Shown here: positions 56,339 through 64,000 of the stretch, in pieces
Layout of the letters: each line of letters begins with the position of its first letter
Numbering within the stretch: position 1 is the first letter of the stretch
DNA from: Candidatus Iainarchaeum sp.
GTDB lineage: Archaea > Iainarchaeota > Iainarchaeia > Iainarchaeales > JAXPJC01
Length of the DNA: 64,000 nt
Direction of reading: 5' to 3'
NCBI GenBank assembly: GCA_016187745.1
Contig: JACPJC010000007.1
Coordinates: 35,429 to 99,428, forward strand
Notes under the pieces: model-generated
Database searches by the model: none
The model's input: only the letters and a program-made list of their open reading frames with translations
Told to the model about the DNA's origin: nothing
Program-made: the position numbers and the translations under genes

Positions 56339-59269
56339 CTATTTCTTGCCGGGCTTGAATGCCCATCTAGGCGCCTTTTCCTGCTCTTTAGGCCTGAAGA
56401 TTCCTGAAATGCGCTCTCCAAGCGGCTTTTCCGCCCTTACCCTGTGCAGGCCCTCGCTCGAGGTCAGTGCGCCCTCATTCTTTCTGGCATAATTGAGATA
56501 GAGAAGCGCGATTACAATTACTACAACAATCCCGAGGACAATCCATACCGCGTTCCTGCCGATTGCGTTTGTGAATTTGATTGTGGAAATCCCTGTTGAA
56601 AGGTCAGCATAGAGCGTTGCGGCGTTCTCCGCAAGCGCTTTCGCTGCCGCATAATCCTTTGCTGCAAGCAATACCTTTGCCTTTGCCAGATTCGCATCAG
56701 CCCACTGCTTTTTTAGTGCAAGTTCGTCAGGAAGCTCAATTTCAAGTGCCTGCAGCTCTTCAACCAGGCCCTCAACCGCTGCCTTCCCGGAATCTGCGTC
56801 TGAAATCTCATTCTCTGTGCTGGATTTTTCTGAGGGCGCATTCTTTACGCTTACTTTAGCAGTCTGCGAGTCTGTCGCATTTCCCGCATTGTCGCTTGCG
56901 ATTGCCTTTACTTCATAAGCCCCGTTATTCACATCCGTTGTGTCCCATTCGGCGGAATATGAATTTCCTGAAGCAACAGCGATTGCTATATTGGTCCAGT
57001 TGCTTGCCCCGCTTGCCCTGTAATAGAAAGTAACCTGCTTTATCCCCGAAACAATAAGAGTTCCTTTGTCAGTTGCAGTTGCAAGCAGGTTCGCATCGCC
57101 TTCTAATTCTGCGTTATTCAATGGCGCGAGCAGATTCACATCGGGCTTTGCCGTATCAACCTCGAAATTCTGCGTAACATCATAATTTCCCCCGGAAGCG
57201 TCTGTTGCTGTAACCCTTGCGGTTGCAATTCCGTCTTCCCCCTCATCAACCGTGTAGGAAGCGGAAAAGCTTGCCCCGCTCTTCCCTGAAGCAACAGTCT
57301 CATAATCCTTGCCATAGGTTTTAACCTGCAGCGTTGCGTTCTGCATATTTCCGCCGCCTGCGGAAACAGTTATTGCTACTGCGCCGGCCTTTGCGTATTT
57401 CGGAACAGTGATTGTAATTGCAATTCCTCCCGGGGCTTTTGCAGTTGCGCTGGCCTCGGAGGAAAGCGAACTTAAATTGCCCGCATTGTCCTTTGCCTTT
57501 ATTTTATAGTAATAAACCGTGCCCGCACTCAAATTTGAAGCCGCATCAGTGTAGGAAGTTGAAGTGGCGGTTGCAATTGCCGTGCCAACAGAAAATGCCG
57601 AGGAAGTTCCTCTGTAAATTTCATATCCATATATTCCGCTTCCCCCTGTGTCAGAGGCAGCGCTCCATGAAAGCGCTATCGCGCCATCAGCATTTGCGCT
57701 TGCGCTCAGGTCTGCAGGAATTGCAGGCGCGGCCTTGTCAATATTTATGGTAAAATGCGCAACACTTCCCCAGGAGCTTCCATTTGTTGCCTTTATGTGG
57801 AAATACCATGTTCCATCCGCATAGTCCGTATAGCTTGCGGTAAGTACATTGCCGTCAGATGTGTTGCCCGGATCTGTGCCTGAATTTGAATCAATGCTCC
57901 AGGAATAATTTGTTGCCCCGCTTACCGCGCCCCAGGAAACTGTAATGTCATCGGCGCTATACCATGCGCTTGTGCTTGGGTGCGTTGAAGAAGAAACACT
58001 TGGCGCTGAAAGCGTGCCTGCCGCTGTAGGGATTGCACGGCTTGTTGATGAGGATGCAGCGCTGTTGTTGTCAGAATAGTCAAATGCAATTATCCTGTAC
58101 CAGTAATTGTAATCAGCAATCACATTTGTGTCGGAATAAGTTGTAGAGCCTGTCCTGCCTATGTGGGCTTGGGAATTTGTGTCAAATGCCAATTGATAGG
58201 GATTTGCAATTGCCCCGCCAATTCTATATATCCTATAGCCATTGACATCGCTTTCAAGGTTTGCAACCCAGTCAAGCTTTATTGTCAGTGCAGAGGGATA
58301 TGTTATTGTAGGAGTAGCGGGCGTGCCCGGCGCTGTTTGGTCAAGCCTTGCAAATATCGCATCCTTCTGCGCCAAATTTCCTGCAAGATCGCTTGCAAAA
58401 ACAGCAACATTGAAATCGCCCGTCTTGTTCAATTTATTCTCATCATAGCTGCAGGAGTATCTGTTCTTGTCAGCATAAATGTTTGCGCAGCCCGTGGAGA
58501 AATTGAAATCAGTTGAGCGCGCGCCATTTATGTCAACATGAATGCTGTTTAGATTTATGTCAGTTAAGGAATTATTTATGTCAAATTTTATTGTTTGCGT
58601 GGTTGAAGTAGTCACTGTTATGGTCGGAGCAACGCCATCCCTTGCAACGTATGCCCTTCTATTTAAATCAGAATTGCCCAAATTGTCAACAGAATTGAAA
58701 TCAATTGTGTAATTGCCATCAACAGTGATGTTTATTGTCGTGCCTGCTACCGGCGCTGCGCCGTTCAGGGAATAAAGCGTTGTTGCACATCCTGAATTTG
58801 CGCTTGCAGGATAATCCGCGCATGTAAGAGTAACTGTAAAGCTTGAGCCTGAAATATAATAATTCTTGTCAGAGGTTGTAATAGGCCCTGTCCTGTCGTA
58901 AATAATGGTGTCGGTTGCTGAGGCTATATTATTTATATTCTGATTTATATCCACCATTTCAGCGCGCACTGTTACTGTTCCCTGAGAAGTGCTTGCGCAA
59001 CCATTTACATCAGAAACAACATTCAAATCATCAATTCTTACATAGGTTGGGATTGGCGGCAGCGGAACCCATGTGCCGGAGCATGAAGTGCCGCAGCAAT
59101 ACCTTACATAGTTGGCATCGCCAGTTCCTGAAATATTCAAATCAATAAGGGGATTTGATGTGTAAACTCCAGAAATTATGTTGAAATCCGGAATAGTCGG
59201 TGTTGCCGCGCCCGCATATGCCAATGCAAGCAGAATAAGCAATACTACTCCTAAAACTTTAACTCCCAC
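56339..59269 (-). CDS. Fibronectin type III / Ig-like surface protein with C-terminal TM (976 aa)
   Basis: Signal peptide (AYAGA); FN3 motifs (LSW..D..GYEIYRG; YYYKIKAKDNAGN); Ig-like WDTT..NGAY; helical stalk, then TM. Confidence 0.92.
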   Translation of the reverse strand: MGVKVLGVVLLILLALAYAGAATPTIPDFNIISGVYTSNPLIDLNISGTGDANYVRYCCGTSCSGTWVPLPPIPTYVRIDDLNVVSDVNGCASTSQGTVTVRAEMVDINQNINNIASATDTIIYDRTGPITTSDKNYYISGSSFTVTLTCADYPASANSGCATTLYSLNGAAPVAGTTINITVDGNYTIDFNSVDNLGNSDLNRRAYVARDGVAPTITVTTSTTQTIKFDINNSLTDINLNSIHVDINGARSTDFNFSTGCANIYADKNRYSCSYDENKLNKTGDFNVAVFASDLAGNLAQKDAIFARLDQTAPGTPATPTITYPSALTIKLDWVANLESDVNGYRIYRIGGAIANPYQLAFDTNSQAHIGRTGSTTYSDTNVIADYNYWYRIIAFDYSDNNSAASSSTSRAIPTAAGTLSAPSVSSSTHPSTSAWYSADDITVSWGAVSGATNYSWSIDSNSGTDPGNTSDGNVLTASYTDYADGTWYFHIKATNGSSWGSVAHFTINIDKAAPAIPADLSASANADGAIALSWSAASDTGGSGIYGYEIYRGTSSAFSVGTAIATATSTSYTDAASNLSAGTVYYYKIKAKDNAGNLSSLSSEASATAKAPGGIAITITVPKYAKAGAVAITVSAGGGNMQNATLQVKTYGKDYETVASGKSGASFSASYTVDEGEDGIATARVTATDASGGNYDVTQNFEVDTAKPDVNLLAPLNNAELEGDANLLATATDKGTLIVSGIKQVTFYYRASGASNWTNIAIAVASGNSYSAEWDTTDVNNGAYEVKAIASDNAGNATDSQTAKVSVKNAPSEKSSTENEISDADSGKAAVEGLVEELQALEIELPDELALKKQWADANLAKAKVLLAAKDYAAAKALAENAATLYADLSTGISTIKFTNAIGRNAVWIVLGIVVVIVIALLYLNYARKNEGALTSSEGLHRVRAEKPLGERISGIFRPKEQEKAPRWAFKPGKK

Positions 59270-59340
59270 AAATACACCCCGAACTCTTATATAGATATAC
59301 TAACTGCTTAAAAAAGATTTCGGCTTTTTAAATCAACAAG

Positions 59341-59808
59341 ATGGCGCCTGACAATATTATTTACTTGATTATTATAACCATACTGCCCTGGATTGAGCTG
59401 AGGGGCGGCATTCCCCTCGGAATTCTGGTCTATGGGATGGATCCCTTGCTTGTTTTTGCAATTTGCGTAATCGCAAACATCCTGCTTGTAATTCCAACAT
59501 TCATAGCCCTGCATTTTGTGTTTGGATGGCTGAACACAAAGAAATGGGCTGCAAAGCCATTGCAGAAATTGCATGCCAAATCAAAAAAATACATTGAAAA
59601 ATACGGATTCCTCGGGCTGATGGTTCTTGTTGCTGTTCCGCTCCCAGGAACGGGCGCTTATTCGGGGAGCTTAGTTGCCTATCTGCTCAACATCCCGAAA
59701 AAGCGCGCATTCATTGCAATCGCGCTGGGGGTGTTAATTGCAGGGATTATTGTGACCGCGGCTTCAATAGGGCTGCTGCCCTTTGTTAAAGCAATTTTCG
59801 GGATATAA
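59341..59808 (+). CDS. Putative small multi-drug export family protein (COG2426)
   Basis: LPWIELRGGIP and VAVPLPGTGAYSG. Confidence 0.9.
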   Translation: MAPDNIIYLIIITILPWIELRGGIPLGILVYGMDPLLVFAICVIANILLVIPTFIALHFVFGWLNTKKWAAKPLQKLHAKSKKYIEKYGFLGLMVLVAVPLPGTGAYSGSLVAYLLNIPKKRAFIAIALGVLIAGIIVTAASIGLLPFVKAIFGI

Positions 59809-59810
59809 AA

Positions 59811-60764
59811 TCATATCCACTTCTTTCTCCTGAAATAGAGGAGCATTATTCCCGCAACAACAGCCATGAGTGCAAGCACCCCATAATACCCGTAGCGCCA
59901 TTCAAGTTCCGGCAAAAACCTGAAATTCATGCCGTAAATTCCCGCAATCAAGGTCAGGGGCATCATTATTGTCGCGATTATTGTAAGGACTTTCATTATT
60001 TCATTCATCTTGTTGCTTACAACCGAAAGGTATGCCTCAAGCGCGCCTGTTGCGATTTCCCTCTGCGTATCAATTATGCCTATCAGCCTTATCATCCTGT
60101 CATAAACATCCCTGAAGTATATGGAGGTTTCCTTGCCCAGGAACGGGAACTCCCTCCTTGCGAGCATATTCACTATTTCAGCCTGCGGCGCGATTGTCAT
60201 GTAGAGGCTGAGGCTCGCCTTCTTCATCCTGAAGAGCTCATTCACAACAATGGGCTTCGGCTCCCTGAATATTGTGTTTTCGATTTTTGCCATCTTCTCA
60301 TCATAGCGCTCAAGGACGGCAAAATAATTGTCCACTAATTTGTCAAGTATGCTGTAAATGAGGAAGTCTGCTCCCTTGTCAAAAAGCGAGGGATTCTTCT
60401 TGTAGGTTTCAATTGTGTATTCTATCGCATTGAGCCGCTTGTAGTGGGTCGTTATCACAAAATTCTTTCCGAGGAAAATGTCAAGCTCGTTCAGCTGCAA
60501 AGCCGCATCAAATTCAAGCTCGTGTATCACAAGGAACAAATGTTCCGGATATGTCTCGAATTTCGGCCTCTGGTTCCTTGTTACCGCGTCTTCAACGGCA
60601 AGCTTGTGCAAATTGAATTTCTTCGCGATATTTATGAAATCCCCGTATCCTGGATTCTCAATGTCAATCCAGACAAAGCCGCATGTTTTCAGCGCCTTGT
60701 CAAGCTCCTCCGGCCTTATCCCTGAAAGCGCATTGTCGCCCTTGCACATTATTGCGCGCAGCAT
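59811..60764 (-). CDS. corA: Magnesium/cobalt transporter CorA
   Basis: QRPKFE, MNEIMKVLT, YGMNF, PEL.W.YGY. Confidence 0.96.
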   Translation of the reverse strand: MLRAIMCKGDNALSGIRPEELDKALKTCGFVWIDIENPGYGDFINIAKKFNLHKLAVEDAVTRNQRPKFETYPEHLFLVIHELEFDAALQLNELDIFLGKNFVITTHYKRLNAIEYTIETYKKNPSLFDKGADFLIYSILDKLVDNYFAVLERYDEKMAKIENTIFREPKPIVVNELFRMKKASLSLYMTIAPQAEIVNMLARREFPFLGKETSIYFRDVYDRMIRLIGIIDTQREIATGALEAYLSVVSNKMNEIMKVLTIIATIMMPLTLIAGIYGMNFRFLPELEWRYGYYGVLALMAVVAGIMLLYFRRKKWI

Positions 60765-60801
60765 CCAACATTAAACGCAAAGCGCATATTTAAATTTATT
60801 G

Positions 60802-60936
60802 ATGGCGCTAATTAATCTGAGAGCAATGGCTGAGAGGCTTAAAAGCAAGGGCGCAAACCTGCTGAAACGCAGGAAGCGCAGGCTGCAGAGATTCCCAACA
60901 CCCTTCGTTGATGAGTTCCCGGAAAGGATTGTTTAG
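60802..60936 (+). CDS. Possible 44-aa basic peptide
   Basis: My translation: MALINLRAMAERLKSKGANLLKRRKRRLQRFPTPFVDEFPERIV; fills an otherwise empty gap. Confidence 0.3.
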   Translation: MALINLRAMAERLKSKGANLLKRRKRRLQRFPTPFVDEFPERIV

Positions 60937-61021
60937 GCGCATGGGAATTCCTGAAACTCAGCGGAGCGGGATAATTTTCAAATGGCGCAGCCTGCAGGAG
61001 GGCTGTTATTATGTAGCAGTT

Positions 61022-61708
61022 TTAAATCCCTGCAACAATTTTCTCAAGGTTTTTGTCCATTGATTTCAGGGTTTTTGAAACGCTTCCATACTTTTTGTCA
61101 AGAGAGCCAAAATTGCCATCTATCTTTGCGCCAAGGGATTTGAAGTTCTTGTCTGTCTTGCCAAATCCCTTTTTGGTTTCTTCCCCAAGTGATTTAAAGC
61201 CATTCTCGGTCTTATCCTCAAGGGATTTAAAATTCCTATCCATCCTATCAAATCCTCTCCTTGTCTCTCCGCTTAACTCCTTAAAATTCCCATCAGTCTT
61301 ATCAAATCCTTTTTTTGTCTCTCCAGTAAGTGTTTTGAGATTTCCATCAATCTGCTTAAGGAGCAGCACACCCTCATCAAGCCTCTCCTGAAGCTCATTG
61401 CCCTTGCTTACAACCTCAAATTCCCTGTCCCTGAACTCGCCGCCATATGGCATTTCCTTTGCAATAATTTTGCCTATCTTTGCTGCAGTTCTTGCCCTAT
61501 CTTCCTCATTCGGGTTTGCAAGGCGCTGCAGAAATTTTCTGATTTTCTGGTTTGAGCCTTCAAGTATGATCAGTACATCCTCATCATAGTTCCGGAGGTT
61601 TTCGGCCTTTCCATGCAGCCCATATCCCTTTGCCAGGAATTTTACAAACTGCCTGAAAGCAACCTTCTGCACATCTCCCTTTACAATTATTTCAAAGCGC
61701 TTCAACAT
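61022..61708 (-). CDS. Acylphosphatase-domain protein with repetitive coiled-coil tail
   Basis: KGDVQKVAFR..GKAEN; repeats such as L.GETKKGFDKTD.NFK. Confidence 0.85.
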   Translation of the reverse strand: MLKRFEIIVKGDVQKVAFRQFVKFLAKGYGLHGKAENLRNYDEDVLIILEGSNQKIRKFLQRLANPNEEDRARTAAKIGKIIAKEMPYGGEFRDREFEVVSKGNELQERLDEGVLLLKQIDGNLKTLTGETKKGFDKTDGNFKELSGETRRGFDRMDRNFKSLEDKTENGFKSLGEETKKGFGKTDKNFKSLGAKIDGNFGSLDKKYGSVSKTLKSMDKNLEKIVAGI

Positions 61709-61753
61709 TTAGATTCGCCTACCTGTATTTTTTCCCAGCCAATAGCAGCTTTG

Positions 61754-62221
61754 CTAAGTTGCTGCTGCAAATTTTTTTATTTCCCTTGCAAGCTCCGCAG
61801 GCAGTTTCGCGATGTTTTCAGAAATCTTTTTCTGATAGCTGAAAATATTCTTCTGGTATTTGATTGTGTCAAGCTGATATCTTATGCCCTTTGAGAGCTG
61901 CTCAAAAATCAGCTTATTCCCCTGCTTTAAAATCACTATATCCCTTAATTTTCCTTTGGCGAACGTCAAGCCGCTTATGACATCAACCCTCGCAGCCCTT
62001 GGCTTGTTTATGTAATGGCTGTTTCCTCCCCTCTCTGTCAGAAACGCATAAAAGCCCGTTATGTCCTTTTTTGCCCCGCTGACTTCAACGCTTACTATGT
62101 TCCTGTTCAGCTCGTTTCTTGCAATCACATCCACATTGTAATTTATGGAAAGCTCCTGCAAATATGGCCTATAGCCGACTTCCTGCACCCTTTCGCCCTG
62201 AATTACAAATATGCCCCTCAT
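61754..62221 (-). CDS. Acylphosphatase-domain protein with short coiled-coil tail
   Basis: QGERVQEVGYR..ARN..VSVEVSG. Confidence 0.8.
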   Translation of the reverse strand: MRGIFVIQGERVQEVGYRPYLQELSINYNVDVIARNELNRNIVSVEVSGAKKDITGFYAFLTERGGNSHYINKPRAARVDVISGLTFAKGKLRDIVILKQGNKLIFEQLSKGIRYQLDTIKYQKNIFSYQKKISENIAKLPAELAREIKKFAAAT

Positions 62222-62379
62222 GCCAATATTATATGCAACAAACCACTATTTAAGCATTTCTATTTTTACGTTCTTTGCCGATATTAAGAAGAAGCAACAG
62301 CGGAGCAGGGGATGCACAAAAACTGCGATTTTAAATAAAAATGTTGTTATGTAGCACTTATGCGGTTTTTGCTCAGAAA

Positions 62380-63090
62380 TTAATCCGCCAGTTCAAAATA
62401 AATCCTTCTGTTCTCTGCGCCCTTGTTGTCAAGCCTTGTGATTTTTATTTTCCCTATTTCCTTTGTATTGCGCACGTGTGTGCCCCCGTCCGCCTGCCTG
62501 TCATAATCACCAATGCTTATAACCCTGAAATCGGAAATTACTTTCGGAAACAAATCCCTCAATCTAAAAATCTCTGGAATTTTCATCGCCTCTTCCCTTG
62601 CAATATAAGAGATTGTAATTGGCATAGCGCTCCCGACAATTTCATTCGCCTTCTCCTCAAATCCCTGCAGCAAATTCCTGTCAAAATCCTTCACATTATA
62701 ATCCATCCTGCTCTCCCCAAATCCAAGCTGATTCCCTGTTATGAGCGAGCCAATTTCGCGATATATAACAGCGGCAAGCACATGCGCTGCCGAATGCATT
62801 CTCATCATAGCATAGCGCCTTTCCCAGTCTATTGCCCCGCTAATCTGCATGCCCGCCTGCAGCCCTTCAAAAGAATCCAGCTCATGCAGTACTTTCCCGG
62901 AATTTTTCTCAACGCTTTTTACCGCATATTCTTTCCCATTTGCAATTATTTTTCCTATATCGCCCAGCTGCCCGCCGCCTCTCGGATAAAAAGCAGTTTT
63001 GTCCAGCTCAATTTTATTTTCAGCAACAGAAGCTATGTTTGCGGAAAACTCCTTCAGATAGGAATCATCCAGATAAAGCAGTTCTGTCAT
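62380..63090 (-). CDS. alaX: Alanyl-tRNA editing protein AlaX (AlaXM type)
   Basis: TAFYPRGGGQLGD, MRMHSAAH, QADGGTHV. Confidence 0.93.
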   Translation of the reverse strand: MTELLYLDDSYLKEFSANIASVAENKIELDKTAFYPRGGGQLGDIGKIIANGKEYAVKSVEKNSGKVLHELDSFEGLQAGMQISGAIDWERRYAMMRMHSAAHVLAAVIYREIGSLITGNQLGFGESRMDYNVKDFDRNLLQGFEEKANEIVGSAMPITISYIAREEAMKIPEIFRLRDLFPKVISDFRVISIGDYDRQADGGTHVRNTKEIGKIKITRLDNKGAENRRIYFELAD

Positions 63091-63106
63091 AAGAATCCAA
63101 TTGCAA

Positions 63107-63901
63107 TTATTGAATTACGGCTCTCTTAATGTCCCCGGGGCATCTGCACTTTCTTTCCATTTCAATTTTAGGAATCACATTCACAAAAAGTTTCTTCACG
63201 TTCTCGGCATTCTGCCTGAAAATGCGCATTACGCCTTCAATATCAACAGCCCGCTCCGCCTCCTTCCAGCAGTCATAATCGGTCGCCATTGCAACCGCCT
63301 GATAGCAGATTCCCAATTCACGCGCCAGCACAACTTCCGGAACAGTGCTCATATTTATTACATCTGCTCCCCAGAGCCGAAACATATGGCTTTCAGCCCT
63401 TGTTGAAAAGCGCGGGCCTTCAATTGTAATGACTGTCCCTCGGGGATGGAAATCCAATTTCAGTTCCTTCGCGCATTCAATAAGGATTTTGCGCAAATCA
63501 ATGCAGAATGGCTCGTCCATAGGGATATGGCACACCTTGTCCTTGTCATAAAATGTCGGAATGCGATGCTTCGTATGGTCTATAAACTGATCCGGAAAAA
63601 CCAGATTCCCGGGCTTTATTCCCTCGCGCAAACTTCCACAAGCCGTTGATGCAAGAACAACATTGCAGCCGAGTTTTTTCAGCGCCCATAAATTCGCGCG
63701 GAACGGAACCTTGCTGGGGGGAATTGTGTGCTTCTTCCCGTGCCTTGCAAGAATTGCAACATCAATGCCTGAAATCCTTCCAAGCGTTATTGGCGAGCTT
63801 GTTTTCCCGTAAGGGGTTTTTACATTCTTCCCCCTCGGATTCCTGAGGATTTTCGGATCCTCCAGCCCCGAGCCGCCGATTATTCCGATCATTCTACTCA
63901 C
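63107..63901 (-). CDS. mtnP: S-methyl-5'-thioadenosine phosphorylase
   Basis: IGIIGGSG, ARHG, IEGPRFSTRAES, NMSTVPE, ATDYDCW. Confidence 0.96.
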   Translation of the reverse strand: MSRMIGIIGGSGLEDPKILRNPRGKNVKTPYGKTSSPITLGRISGIDVAILARHGKKHTIPPSKVPFRANLWALKKLGCNVVLASTACGSLREGIKPGNLVFPDQFIDHTKHRIPTFYDKDKVCHIPMDEPFCIDLRKILIECAKELKLDFHPRGTVITIEGPRFSTRAESHMFRLWGADVINMSTVPEVVLARELGICYQAVAMATDYDCWKEAERAVDIEGVMRIFRQNAENVKKLFVNVIPKIEMERKCRCPGDIKRAVIQ

Positions 63902-64000
63902 TCATTTTATTGAAGGAAATGTTTTTATAACAAGTCACTTACCTTACCTAGACTTGTAAACTCTTACAAGCCTGAGTCGAGTAAGCTCATTAATATCTGA

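Overview
Compact archaeal genomic DNA. It carries an intron-less tRNA-Gln, class III prepilins, an archaeosortase-family gene, PAC2, a geranylgeranyl reductase, AlaX and MTAP. Gene style suggests a DPANN lineage, perhaps Diapherotrites/Iainarchaeota, but that is inference only. About 46 kb (1-46119) is a surface-machine locus. Its leftward arm holds an archaeosortase-family protease, three paralogous giant N-anchored Ig/CarboxypepD_reg-like proteins (>899, 2641 and 2708 aa) and a 545-aa prepilin-like protein. Its rightward arm holds a VirB11/FlaI-like ATPase, a fused TadB/C platform and seven pilin-like genes. A 1501-aa secreted protein follows, then a second TadA/TadB/TadC set whose ATPase is fused to a 16-Cys polyferredoxin. 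TA-like and orphan genes are wedged between these genes, two of them bracketed by exact direct repeats. Two surface proteins are strongly enriched in D-x-N. The right third is mostly housekeeping, plus a GIDE-LemA fusion, a candidate ncRNA and tandem acylphosphatase-coiled-coil genes. No CRISPR array, rRNA, integrase or transposase was seen. All family calls come from motif recognition by eye, not database searches.
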